Shown here: one piece after another, positions 8,171 through 17,519 of the stretch | Numbering within the stretch: position 1 is the first letter of the stretch | Layout: each line of letters starts with the position of its first letter | Source of the DNA: Candidatus Caldarchaeum sp. | GTDB taxonomy: Archaea > Thermoproteota > Nitrososphaeria_A > Caldarchaeales > Caldarchaeaceae | Direction of reading: 5' to 3' | Assembly (NCBI GenBank): GCA_038844785.1 | Contig: JAWBRA010000024.1 | Span: 1 to 25,415, forward strand | DNA: 25,415 nt | Notes under the pieces: generated by a model | Seen by the model: the letters and a program-made list of their open reading frames with translations, nothing else | What the model was told of the DNA's origin: nothing | The model's database searches: none | Program-made: the position numbers and the translations under genes

Positions 8171-10063
8171 ATGAAACCCAGCCAGCTCGTAGCATACGTG
8201 GACCTGAGCCGCGGAAAAGTTTCTGTAGAACCTGTGCCCGAGTATTGGAGAAGATACTTCCTAGGAGGAAGGGGCGTCAACACATACCTTCTCAGCACGA
8301 TGGTGGACAGGGGGACAAACCCTCTGGGGCCTGAAAACCCGTTGATCGTTGGCGTGGGCCTGCTGACTGGAATCTCAGCCCTCGGCTCGGGCAGATGCAA
8401 CATCTCAGCCCGCTCACCCTTGACGAACGCTTTGGGCGACAGCAACGTAGGAGGGCTCTTTGCAGCCACAATGCGTAGGGCAGGCATCGACTTCCTAGTG
8501 GTAACAGGAAGGGCTGAGAAACCTGTTAGAATACATTTGCATGACGGGGCTGTTGAGATAGTTGACGGCAGAGAGCTCTGGGGGTTGGATGCCTTTGAGA
8601 CGCAGGAGGAGATTAGAAAGGCCGAGGGCGGCGGCGTCCAGTCTCTGGTCATAGGTCAAGCTGGCGAGAACCTTGTCAGGTATGCTTGCGTGAGGACTGG
8701 GAGGAAAAGCTCCGCTGGCAGAACAGGGATGGGCGCGGTCATGGGAAGCAAGAATCTTAAAGCCATCTCAGCGCTGGGAGACAGGCCTATAGAATGGTAT
8801 GACACACAGTCGCTGCAAAAGCTTTGCAGAGAGATGATCGACAAGGTTATGTCGACGAGGTGGGCGAAGGCGCAGTCGGTTCACGGAACAGCCGCCATCT
8901 TCAACTACACGTATCACACTGGGCTGCTTAGGGTTAGAAACTTCCAGACGCAAGCGCTCTCCGACGTGGGAACGCTTGAGCCGGAGAACATAGAGCAGTA
9001 CAAGACAGGGATGTCAGGATGCTCGGCGTGCAGCATAAAATGTAGACATGTCTACGAGCTTGACGACGGGCCTTACCCTCATAAGGGAGAGGGCCCTGAA
9101 TACAGCCAGCTGGGGAGTTTCGGGACTATGGTTGGGATAAACAGGATAGAAGATGTGATGAACGCTTCATACCTCTGCAACAAATACGGCTTGGACACGA
9201 TAGAGGTGGGTAACATGATAGCATGGGTTATGGAGCTTTACGAGAAGAACCTTATACCCGCCAACCTGCTGGACGGTTTGAAGCCTGAATGGGGTAGCGG
9301 GGAGGCTGTCTACCGCCTCATAGAGATGATAGCATTTCGTCAAGGTTTGGGCGACATCCTCGCCGAGGGGATGAAAACGGCCGTAGAAAAACTCGGCAGG
9401 GAAACTGAATACTACGCCCTCCACATAAAGGGCATGGGGATACTTCTATCCGACGACAGACCTGTCCCCAGCTTCGCTTTAGGTCTCGCAACAGCCACGA
9501 GGGGGGCAGACCATTTGAGGAGCAGGCCAGCCCTCGACCTTTACGGCCTGCCTAAAGAGCTTCTCACAAGCCTTTACGACGGCGAGGTCTCATCTGATTA
9601 CACGTCTTATGAGGGCAAGGCGAGGATGGTTTGGTGGCATGAGCTCCAGTACGCTGTCGGAGACTCGCTGGGTCTCTGCAGGTTTCAGATGAAGTTTATC
9701 TCGGTACACGCGCCTTCATACGACGAGTGGGTCAGGTTGATAAAAAGTGCAACAGGCATGGAGACTTCCAAGCAGGAGTTGATGATGACGGGCGAGAGAA
9801 TACTGGCTGTCGAGAGGATGTTGAACAACAGGCTGGGCTTCAGTAGGGAGGACGACATGCTTCCAGAACGCTATTACGTGGAGCCCACAGTAGCTGGGAT
9901 GCCGAAAGTCAGGGGCAGGAAGATAGACAGGCGGAGGTTTGAGCAAATGCTAGATGAGTACTACAGTCTCCACGGCTGGGATGAAAACGGTGTTCCAAGA
10001 AGAGAGACCCTTGAAAAGCTCGGCCTCATCGAGCTCTCCCTCGAAAATGCGGCAGGTGGGTAG
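8171..10063 (+). CDS. aor: Tungsten-containing aldehyde:ferredoxin oxidoreductase family protein
   Basis: FLGGRG, IGQAGENLVRYA, AGRTGMGAVMGSKNLKAI, CSACSIKC plus LGLC [4Fe-4S] ligands, YGLDTIE, RGADH, EYYSLHGWDENGVP. ATG at 8171, 3 nt after the moaD stop. Confidence 0.95.
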   Translation: MKPSQLVAYVDLSRGKVSVEPVPEYWRRYFLGGRGVNTYLLSTMVDRGTNPLGPENPLIVGVGLLTGISALGSGRCNISARSPLTNALGDSNVGGLFAATMRRAGIDFLVVTGRAEKPVRIHLHDGAVEIVDGRELWGLDAFETQEEIRKAEGGGVQSLVIGQAGENLVRYACVRTGRKSSAGRTGMGAVMGSKNLKAISALGDRPIEWYDTQSLQKLCREMIDKVMSTRWAKAQSVHGTAAIFNYTYHTGLLRVRNFQTQALSDVGTLEPENIEQYKTGMSGCSACSIKCRHVYELDDGPYPHKGEGPEYSQLGSFGTMVGINRIEDVMNASYLCNKYGLDTIEVGNMIAWVMELYEKNLIPANLLDGLKPEWGSGEAVYRLIEMIAFRQGLGDILAEGMKTAVEKLGRETEYYALHIKGMGILLSDDRPVPSFALGLATATRGADHLRSRPALDLYGLPKELLTSLYDGEVSSDYTSYEGKARMVWWHELQYAVGDSLGLCRFQMKFISVHAPSYDEWVRLIKSATGMETSKQELMMTGERILAVERMLNNRLGFSREDDMLPERYYVEPTVAGMPKVRGRKIDRRRFEQMLDEYYSLHGWDENGVPRRETLEKLGLIELSLENAAGG

Positions 10064-10065
10064 CA

Positions 10066-11004
10066 ATGGGTGGAAAAGAGTATAAAGAAATAATCTACGA
10101 CAAAAGCTACCACGTTCATACGGCGTTAATACAGATTAACAGGCCTGAAGAATACAACTCCTACCTTCTCAGCACTTTGAAAGAGCTGATAGACGCTTTC
10201 GACGACGCGATGTGGGACGACAACATACAGTTCATAGTCTTGACAGGCGCTGGCGACAAGGCCTTCTGCACTGGGGGAAACGTTGGGGAGTATGCCGACA
10301 TCTACAGCAAAAAGCCGTCGGATTGGTGGAAGTGGGGCGAGATATACGGAAGGTTTCTTGACACTATTCTCCACTGCGGCAAGCCTGTCATCGCAAGGGT
10401 TAACGGCGTAGTGGCCGGCGGAGGCTTTGAGTTCGTGGCCGCATCAGACCTGGCCATAGCCGCACAGCATGCGAGGTTCCTCTCTCCCGGGCCACGTGTT
10501 GGGATGACGTCTATAGGCGGTCTTTCGCAATGGCTTCCGCTACACATTGGCTTGAAGCGGGCGGCTCAGCTGGTGATGACTAGCGAGGAGATAACGGCTC
10601 AGAAAGCTCTCGAATGGGGGATTGTCAACGACGTGGTGCCTTATGAAAAGCTTGACGAAAGAGTTAGGCAGCTTGTGGACGTGATGCTAGACCTTTCGCC
10701 GACCAGCCTCCACTACTTCAAAGTCCATCTGAACTGGTGGCGGGACCTAATCTGGAGGCTTACGTGGGAGCATGCAAAAGAATTCTTCTCGCTAAACATA
10801 GGCGGCATCGAACCGGTTGAAGGGCTACACGCCTTCAAGGAGAAAAGAAAAAGACGGTACAGAGAGTTGAGAGATGACTTGGCTAAGGGCGTTGACCCCC
10901 GCTATCCGCATGGCCCCTACATGCTTGCCTGCAAAACATGCGGCGCCAAATACCTGCCGCTGAACTCAGTGTTCTGCCTCAAATGCGGCAGCAGGCTGGG
11001 GTGA
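10066..11004 (+). CDS. oah: 6-oxocyclohex-1-ene-1-carbonyl-CoA hydrolase (Oah/BamA/BzdY-like crotonase) with C-terminal Zn ribbon
   Basis: NRPEEYNSY, TGAGDKAFCTGGN..EYA, KPVIARVNG, GPRVG motifs resemble BamA/Oah; clustered with had, dch and bcr. Confidence 0.82.
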   Translation: MGGKEYKEIIYDKSYHVHTALIQINRPEEYNSYLLSTLKELIDAFDDAMWDDNIQFIVLTGAGDKAFCTGGNVGEYADIYSKKPSDWWKWGEIYGRFLDTILHCGKPVIARVNGVVAGGGFEFVAASDLAIAAQHARFLSPGPRVGMTSIGGLSQWLPLHIGLKRAAQLVMTSEEITAQKALEWGIVNDVVPYEKLDERVRQLVDVMLDLSPTSLHYFKVHLNWWRDLIWRLTWEHAKEFFSLNIGGIEPVEGLHAFKEKRKRRYRELRDDLAKGVDPRYPHGPYMLACKTCGAKYLPLNSVFCLKCGSRLG

Positions 11005-11010
11005 GAGGGT

Positions 11011-12033
11011 TTGAAGGCCGCTGTCTTCAGAGGCGCTGGCCAACCTCTGGAAATAGTTGACGTAGATGCTCCGAAACCAGGTTATGGAGAGGTTTTGGTG
11101 AAAGTGGCTGCGTGCGGCGTCTGCGCAACAGACCTCCACTATCTACACGGAGTCCCAACCTTCAAAAAACCACCTCTCATCCTCGGGCATGAGATCTCCG
11201 GAACCGTTGCCGAGGTGGGAGAGGGTGTCAGGGGTTTTAGCGTGGGTGACTGGGTGCTCGTTCCACCCGTTCTCTCATGCGGTGTCTGTTCGAGATGCCT
11301 TGAAGGCAGGGACAACATTTGCGAGAGCATGCAGATGGTCGGCAACCACGTTGACGGCGGGTTCGCAGAATACGTTAAAGCGCCTGCCAGAAACCTAGTC
11401 CGCCTGCCTGAAAGCCTGCCCTTGAAGGAAAGCTCTATAATCTCCGACGCCGTCTCAACACCCTACCACGCGGTTAAGAACAGAGGAGCTGTCAGAGGCG
11501 GGGAGTGGGTTGCCGTCATCGGATGCGGAGGCGTTGGAATCAACGCTGTCCAGATAGCTTCGGCGCTTGGAGGCTTGGTGATAGCTGTGGACATAGACGA
11601 TCGCAAGCTCCAGCTCGCTAAACAGCTGGGTGCGGTTGAAACCATAAACACGAGGGAAGCTGAGCTTGGGACAGCTGTTCAGAAAATCGTGGGCGGAGGG
11701 GTTGACGTCGCCTTCGAGGTCGTGGGCAAGCCGGCAATCCTTGAACAAGCTTTAAGCGTCGTCAGGCCTGGCGGAAGGCTTGTCGTAGTGGGCTACAGCG
11801 CCGAAAACTGGAGCATGAGGGTCAGCAGGCTGATGTTCCGGGAAATAGCTGTCGTCGGCTCGCTCGGATGCAGGCTCGCCGAATATCCTTCGATAGTGAA
11901 CATGGTGAGGACGGGGAAGATAAAGCTCGAGCCAGTGATATCGGACAGGCTCAGGCTTGAGGACGTGAACGAGGGTCTTAAACGGCTGGAGGAAGGAAAG
12001 GTGGTAGGCCGTCAGATAGTTGTCGTCAGCTGA
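11011..12033 (+). CDS. had: 6-hydroxycyclohex-1-ene-1-carbonyl-CoA dehydrogenase (Zn-dependent MDR, Had/BzdX-like)
   Basis: CATDLHY, PLILGHEISG, structural Zn Cys cluster, MVGN...GGFA, DAVSTPY, GCGGVG, GSLGC....YP; context between oah and dch. Confidence 0.8.
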   Translation: MKAAVFRGAGQPLEIVDVDAPKPGYGEVLVKVAACGVCATDLHYLHGVPTFKKPPLILGHEISGTVAEVGEGVRGFSVGDWVLVPPVLSCGVCSRCLEGRDNICESMQMVGNHVDGGFAEYVKAPARNLVRLPESLPLKESSIISDAVSTPYHAVKNRGAVRGGEWVAVIGCGGVGINAVQIASALGGLVIAVDIDDRKLQLAKQLGAVETINTREAELGTAVQKIVGGGVDVAFEVVGKPAILEQALSVVRPGGRLVVVGYSAENWSMRVSRLMFREIAVVGSLGCRLAEYPSIVNMVRTGKIKLEPVISDRLRLEDVNEGLKRLEEGKVVGRQIVVVS

Positions 12034-12043
12034 GGGCTGGGGT

Positions 12044-12820
12044 TTGACATCGTCCTTCAAGACGATAAAGCTGGTCGCGGGGGAGAGAGCTTCAACAATC
12101 ATTCTCTCACGCCCACCTCTCAACATAATGAACATTGAGATGATGGACGAGTTTTCCAACGCCCTTGAAGACCTTGCAGCAAACAAGCAGCTGGCTGTCT
12201 TGATCGTTAAATCAGGTGTTGAAGGTGTTTTCAGCGCTGGGGCGGATGTGAGGGAGCATCTGCCCGAGATGGCTGAGCAGCTGATAAGGAAGTTCGAAAG
12301 CCTCATCTTGAAACTGTTAAGCTTTCCAACCCCTACGGTATGCGTTGTGGATGGAAAATGTCTAGGAGGAGGGATGGAGCTGGCGATGGCCTGCGATTTT
12401 GTGATAGCGTCTGAGGCAGCTGAGTTTGGACAGCCCGAGGTCAAGGTGGGGGTCTTTCCACCGGCTGCAGCAGCTCTTTACCTAAGGCTGACAAGCCTGA
12501 AAAACGTATATACGCTGTTAATGGCTGGGAAAACAGTGAAAGCGGCTGAGGCTAAACAAATGGGTTTGGTGAACGAGGTTGTTGAAAAACAGCAGCTCGA
12601 GGTGTTTCTAAGTTCTTTCACAGAACAGCTTCTGGCTAACAGCAGCGCTGTGATGAGACATGCAAAGAAAGCCATCCTCAGCTCGCTTACACTGCCTTTC
12701 GAACAAGCTTTGACCAAAGCCTCCGACATTTACCTTAACGAATTGATGAGGACAGAGGATGCGGTGGAGGGTCTCAAAGCTTTTCTCGAAAAAAGGAAAC
12801 CCGTCTGGAGAGATAAATAA
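12044..12820 (+). CDS. dch: Cyclohexa-1,5-diene-1-carbonyl-CoA hydratase (Dch/BzdW/BamR-like)
   Basis: RPPLNIMN, FSAGADVREHLPE, CLGGGMELA, GQPEVKVGVFPP, IYLNELMRTEDAVEGLKAFLEKRKPVW. TTG at 12044 after a G-rich SD; ORF opens at 12020. Confidence 0.88.
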   Translation: MTSSFKTIKLVAGERASTIILSRPPLNIMNIEMMDEFSNALEDLAANKQLAVLIVKSGVEGVFSAGADVREHLPEMAEQLIRKFESLILKLLSFPTPTVCVVDGKCLGGGMELAMACDFVIASEAAEFGQPEVKVGVFPPAAAALYLRLTSLKNVYTLLMAGKTVKAAEAKQMGLVNEVVEKQQLEVFLSSFTEQLLANSSAVMRHAKKAILSSLTLPFEQALTKASDIYLNELMRTEDAVEGLKAFLEKRKPVWRDK

Positions 12821-12832
12821 AGCTTCATATCC

Positions 12833-13750
12833 GTGTTTTGCGTGAAGGGAAAAGTCACTTCTCTGCAGCATGCTGTGGGGAGGTTTATTCAGGACGGTTG
12901 CTCGGTGGCTTTGTGTCTTGCACTCGAGCATGCAGTTCCCTTCGCCGCAGTCCATGAAATGATTAGGCAGGGGAAACGCAACCTTACGCTGATAGGGCCT
13001 ATATCTGACGCCGCCTTCGACCAGCTGATTGGCGCCGGATGCGTTTCGAAGGTTATGGCAGCATGGGTTGGCAACGTATCCCACGGCATGGGTTACTGCT
13101 TCAGCCGGGCCTACGAGGAAGGGATTATAAAGGTGGTTGACTACTCCAACCTAAGTATCGCTTCAGCTATTCTAGCTGCCGCCCTTGGAATTCCTTTCAT
13201 TCCGTCAAAAACGCTCATAGGCTCTGACATACTCGAGGGACTTGTCTCCGAAGGTCTGGCAAAGCTGTCTAAATGTCCTTTCACTGGGGAGAATGTTGTG
13301 CTGCTCAAGGCGGTCAAGCCCGAAGTCTCCCTAATCCATGTCCAAAGATGCGACGACAAAGGCTACGCGCAGATGTGGGGAAACTTGGGAATCGTGAGGG
13401 AAGCATGCCAGGCAGCCGATAAAGTAATAGTGACCGCCGAGGAGGTGGTTGACCACGAAACGATAACCCACGACCCAAACTCCGTCATATGCCCCCCATA
13501 CAAAGTGGCGGCTGTCTGTCAGGTAAAGTATGGAGCACATCCATCTCCTCTGGCAGGATACTACAACAGAGACCACAGCTGCTTCAGAGAATATCATGAG
13601 ATGAGCAGGACACGGGTAGGCTTTAAGAGATGGCTGGAGAAATGGGTTTTGACACCGGGCGGAAGAGGCGACTACCTGAGGATGGTGGACTCTGAAAGAA
13701 TCAGAGTTGCCAAGCCTTTGAAGGCTGGGGAGAGAATGTATGGCTACTGA
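12833..13750 (+). CDS. CoA-transferase family I, alpha subunit (glutaconate CoA-transferase GctA-like)
   Basis: PFAAVHEMIRQG, FDQLIGAG, CPFTGE, IHVQRCD..G, VTAEEVV, GAHPSPLAGYY.RD. Confidence 0.88.
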   Translation: MFCVKGKVTSLQHAVGRFIQDGCSVALCLALEHAVPFAAVHEMIRQGKRNLTLIGPISDAAFDQLIGAGCVSKVMAAWVGNVSHGMGYCFSRAYEEGIIKVVDYSNLSIASAILAAALGIPFIPSKTLIGSDILEGLVSEGLAKLSKCPFTGENVVLLKAVKPEVSLIHVQRCDDKGYAQMWGNLGIVREACQAADKVIVTAEEVVDHETITHDPNSVICPPYKVAAVCQVKYGAHPSPLAGYYNRDHSCFREYHEMSRTRVGFKRWLEKWVLTPGGRGDYLRMVDSERIRVAKPLKAGERMYGY

Positions 13751-14471
13751 AAGCTTCACCCCCCGTGAGATGATGGTTGTCTCAGCAGCCCGCTTGGTCA
13801 GAGACCGTGAAACAGTCTTTGTAGGAATGAGACTGCCCATGCTAGCCTTCAACCTAGCCAAAAGCCTATGGGCTCCTCAAGCAGTAGCGTTGTATGAAGC
13901 CGGCATCATGAGGGAGAAACAGTGCGGAGAATATGTTCACACCATGTGCGACCTGCCTCTTCAGACACAGGCTTCATGGCTTACAAGCCTTGTGGAGGTA
14001 ATGTCCTGTCTTCAACGCGGCGAGGTTGACGCTGGAATAATAGGCGGGGCACAGATAGACGTTTCTGGAAACGTCAACAGCACCTTAGTCAAGACACTGC
14101 ACGGTTTTAGACGGCTGCCTGGAAGCGGAGGCGCATGCGACATCGCTGTTTTCACAAGAAAACTGATTGTAATGATGCCGCTGGAATCTAGGAGAATTGT
14201 TTCGAAGGTCGATTACATAACATCCCCAGCCGGCGGCGGAAAAAACAGACTGAAGGACATCTACCTAGTTACCGATAAAGCAGTCCTTTCTATGGACGGC
14301 TCAAAATTCACGGCGATCGCACTATATCCGGGAGTTAATAAAGAAGAAATAATTAAACATGTGGGCGGGCTCGTCGCAGGACTGGCTGAAGCCCCTGACC
14401 AGCCACCTCCATCAGAAACAGAGCTCAAGGTTTTGAGGGAACTGGACAGAGAAGGTTTTTGGACACGATAG
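13740..14471 (+). CDS. CoA-transferase family I, beta subunit (GctB-like)
   Basis: EMMVVSAAR, FVGMRLP, LYEAG (candidate catalytic Glu), GGAQID..GNVNST, RLPGSGGACDIA, VDYITSP. Confidence 0.88.
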   Translation: MATESFTPREMMVVSAARLVRDRETVFVGMRLPMLAFNLAKSLWAPQAVALYEAGIMREKQCGEYVHTMCDLPLQTQASWLTSLVEVMSCLQRGEVDAGIIGGAQIDVSGNVNSTLVKTLHGFRRLPGSGGACDIAVFTRKLIVMMPLESRRIVSKVDYITSPAGGGKNRLKDIYLVTDKAVLSMDGSKFTAIALYPGVNKEEIIKHVGGLVAGLAEAPDQPPPSETELKVLRELDREGFWTR

Positions 14472-14582
14472 CCAGACAAATCCACGTCGAAGCAGACAGC
14501 ATTTGCAATCTACATCAAGAGCTGGAACGGCTTTTTAATGGAGGAAAAACGCATATATCAAGTTAAGGTGTGACATACTGCG

Positions 14583-15521
14583 ATGTCTAAAACAGCCATA
14601 ATAGGAGCGGGTCTGATGGGGTCTGGCATAGCTGTTGCCTACTCGATGGCCGGCTATCAAGTTTCGTTAGTGGATGTCAGCGTTGAAATTCTCAAAAAAA
14701 GTATGGAGAACATTAGGGAGATTTTACGAGAGCTTTTCAGACTCGGCCTCTTGAAAAACGAGAGCGGCGAAGAGCTGCTTGGAAGAATAGCTCCTACGAC
14801 CTCGATGTTGCAGGCGGTCCGAGGGGCTGAAATAGTGACGGAAGCCGTGTCAGAACCCCTCGAACTAAAAATAGACCTGTTTGAAAAACTCGACACCCTC
14901 TGTGGAAAAGAGGTTATTCTAGCTTCGAACACGTCATCCTTCAAAATTTCGGAGATAGGTCAAAAGGTGAAGAACAAGGAAAGGGTGATAGGAACTCATT
15001 GGTGGAACCCGCCTTACCTTATGCCGTTAGTTGAGATATTCAGAACGCAATATAATCGTGACGATGTCGTGAAAAAGGTTGTCGACCTGTTCACCAACGT
15101 GTTGAAGAAAGAAGTTATCGTATGCAATGAATCTCCAGGCGGCGTGGGTGTACGTCTTCAGGCAGCGTTGTTTGCTGAGGCTGTGAGAATATGCGACGAA
15201 AACGTGGTTTCGCCACCAGACCTCGACAAAGTAATAAGACTCTCGCTAGGCTTAAGATATCCCTTCTTCGGACCGTTTCTTATAGCTGATTTAGGAGGGC
15301 TTGACGTATTCTTGAACATACACGAATACCTTGCTGAGAAGCTTGGGGAAAGATTCGCCCCCTCAAAGACTTTCAGCGACCTGGTGGAGAAAGGCTATCT
15401 CGGAGTAAAAAGCGGTAAAGGGTTCTACACATATCCTGCAGATTATCTCAGGGAGGTTGTCAAAAAACGGAATGATGCAGTTGTAGAAATCTTAAAGCTT
15501 CAGAGGCAGGCAGACGGTTAG
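14583..15521 (+). CDS. 3-hydroxyacyl-CoA dehydrogenase (candidate 3-hydroxypimeloyl-CoA dehydrogenase)
   Basis: GAGLMGSG Rossmann motif, EAVSE...LK, ASNTSS, GTHWWNPP..MPLVE, GPF..AD.GGLD, GYLGVKSGKGFY. Substrate inferred from context only. Confidence 0.9.
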   Translation: MSKTAIIGAGLMGSGIAVAYSMAGYQVSLVDVSVEILKKSMENIREILRELFRLGLLKNESGEELLGRIAPTTSMLQAVRGAEIVTEAVSEPLELKIDLFEKLDTLCGKEVILASNTSSFKISEIGQKVKNKERVIGTHWWNPPYLMPLVEIFRTQYNRDDVVKKVVDLFTNVLKKEVIVCNESPGGVGVRLQAALFAEAVRICDENVVSPPDLDKVIRLSLGLRYPFFGPFLIADLGGLDVFLNIHEYLAEKLGERFAPSKTFSDLVEKGYLGVKSGKGFYTYPADYLREVVKKRNDAVVEILKLQRQADG

Positions 15522-15548
15522 CTGTTGACGACACACGTTCACCCATGG

Positions 15549-16718
15549 TTAATCAAACATTATGGACTCTGCGAAAGTTTCAAGCATGGTTCTCACATGC
15601 TCGAAGCTTGAAGTCGACTCCTCGTACTCAAGATGCAGATAGGGTATGTTGTGTTTGTCTAACACGGTCTTGTATATCATGTAGTCGTAGAGGGCTGGCT
15701 CGCAGAACTTCGGCGTTATGAATACCACGCCCTCCGCCTTAGCTGCCTCAACAAGGTTGAGCATGTGTCTATGTTTGTCAACTGCAGGATGGTATCTGAC
15801 TGTCAGCGGCTCCTGTCTGCTGACATACGCTCTAGCTAATGTTCTCAGCGGATTCTCACTGTTGTTCAACTCTATCTCTCCTATCCATCTAGCACCCACT
15901 AGAACCTCGTCCCAGACAATGTAGCATCCAGCATCTTCGATCGTCTTCATAAACATCAACGGAGGCTGTTCGCAAAAATCCCCCATCACGACAACCCTCA
16001 CCCTGTCAGCTGGCCTTACATCTCTCGAACGTACTTCATCGACGAATTTTTCTAAAGCCTTAAGATATTGTTCTACAGGCATGAACTGGCCAGCCCTAAT
16101 CGCCAGATAGTATTCATGGTAGGGTAGGAGCCAGGGCTTCTCACGCCGGAGCTCTGCGAGGCTGTTCAACAGCCTTCTCTTCCTGTTGTAGAGTTTGATG
16201 GCTTCCGCCAGCTCATCCTCGTCGAGCTTTTCCCCCGAGACTCTTTCAAGCCCCTCGACTATTCTTCTATAGTCTTGCTCGAGATATATTACAGCGTTCT
16301 CTGAAATGTTGTTTATAGGATAATGGATGTAGTCGATGTGGATTTTGTCGCCGAAGTTACGCATCATTATTCCGGAGAGGTTTCGTGCAACGTCGCATAT
16401 GTTGGAGAATATCAGGGCGTCAAAGGTGTTGAGCAGTCCTTGGGCTGCGAGCTGGAAGACGCTTTTCGTTATGCTGCAGACGAACGACTGTGTGTGGGCT
16501 GTGGCTATGTCGAGCGGCAGCCTTCCTGAAGCTCCTAAAATGTTGACGGGAATCATGTTTAGAGCGTGGGCAAGCTCTTCCGGGAAGTAGACTGGAAAAT
16601 ATGCTAGGGCTTTCCGGCCTAGCTTCTGCTTCCACATCTTAACATAGTTGAACGTTGTGTAAGAATCTTCCACCACTTCCTCGAATGCTTGGATTTTTTC
16701 TTGCAGTGTATCTGTCAA
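15549..16718 (-). CDS. bcrC: Class I benzoyl-CoA reductase subunit C (BcrC/BadD; HgdB family)
   Basis: PVYFPEEL, QSFVCSI, ICDVARNLSG, GDFCEQPPL...IE..GCYIV, FCEPAL, ETFAES, as recalled for Thauera BcrC. Confidence 0.85.
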   Translation of the reverse strand: MTDTLQEKIQAFEEVVEDSYTTFNYVKMWKQKLGRKALAYFPVYFPEELAHALNMIPVNILGASGRLPLDIATAHTQSFVCSITKSVFQLAAQGLLNTFDALIFSNICDVARNLSGIMMRNFGDKIHIDYIHYPINNISENAVIYLEQDYRRIVEGLERVSGEKLDEDELAEAIKLYNRKRRLLNSLAELRREKPWLLPYHEYYLAIRAGQFMPVEQYLKALEKFVDEVRSRDVRPADRVRVVVMGDFCEQPPLMFMKTIEDAGCYIVWDEVLVGARWIGEIELNNSENPLRTLARAYVSRQEPLTVRYHPAVDKHRHMLNLVEAAKAEGVVFITPKFCEPALYDYMIYKTVLDKHNIPYLHLEYEESTSSFEHVRTMLETFAESIMFD

Positions 16719-17515
16719 CCCGCTTGAAGCCCCCTCTTCTTCAGCAGCCTCCTATGGCCCAGCACAGCGGCTCCGACGGCGCCTGCATAGAAGAGATTGG
16801 GAGAAACGTTTGGCTTGATGTTCAGCTTTTCCTCCAACACCTTAGGTATGGCCGGGTTTAGGACAAGCCCGCCTGTTATTGTTAGCTCAGGCTCCACCCC
16901 AACCTGTTTCAGCGTGATCAACACTCTGCCGACCACGGAGAGATGAGCGCCCATCAAAATGTCCTCCATAGGAACCTCCTGCGTCATCAAGTTTATCACC
17001 TCGGACTCGGCGAAAACCGAGCATACAGTTGATATTGGGACAGGGTTTTTGGACGAGAGGGCGATGACACCTATCTCCGATACGTCAAACCCTGTGTAGT
17101 ATGCGATTTTCTCCAGGAAACCTCCGCCTCCCGCCGCACATTTCTCCGTAGACCTGAATTTGATGACCTTGCCTTTCTCATCTATCTTTGCGGCTCTGGA
17201 GTTGCCGGCTCCGATGTCTAGGACTGATTTTGTGCCTGGGTAGAAGAATTTTGCACCCCTGCTGTTAGCGGTTATGTCGGTAACGTTTATGTCTCTGAAG
17301 TCTATTCTGTATCTTCCAAAGCCTGTGGCCACGATATATTCTACGTCGCTGCTACTAAGCCCCAGCTCGTTGAGAGATGTGTTGAAAAGCTGCTTGGCTG
17401 TGTTGTTGAAGTCGAACGATGTTTTGGCAGCTTTCGTCAAAAGAATTTTCTCCCCATCCTCGAGGAAGGCGATTTTTGTGTTTCTTGTGCCCACATCGAT
17501 GCCGACAGTTAACAC
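16715..17515 (-). CDS. bcrD: Class I benzoyl-CoA reductase ATP-binding subunit (BcrD/BzdP-like ASKHA activase)
   Basis: GIDVGT, ATGFGR, VLDIGAGNSRA, EKCAAGGGGFLE, ISTVCSVFAESEVI, TGG, GAVGAA. Confidence 0.8.
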   Translation of the reverse strand: MLTVGIDVGTRNTKIAFLEDGEKILLTKAAKTSFDFNNTAKQLFNTSLNELGLSSSDVEYIVATGFGRYRIDFRDINVTDITANSRGAKFFYPGTKSVLDIGAGNSRAAKIDEKGKVIKFRSTEKCAAGGGGFLEKIAYYTGFDVSEIGVIALSSKNPVPISTVCSVFAESEVINLMTQEVPMEDILMGAHLSVVGRVLITLKQVGVEPELTITGGLVLNPAIPKVLEEKLNIKPNVSPNLFYAGAVGAAVLGHRRLLKKRGLQAG

Positions 17516-17519
17516 AACA

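Noticed and set aside
8171-10063. AOR as a class II benzoyl-CoA reductase (BamB)
   Set aside because: It has the AOR-type GPEY region and RGADH rather than the BamB Cys motif, there are no bamC-I genes, and a class I reductase is present.
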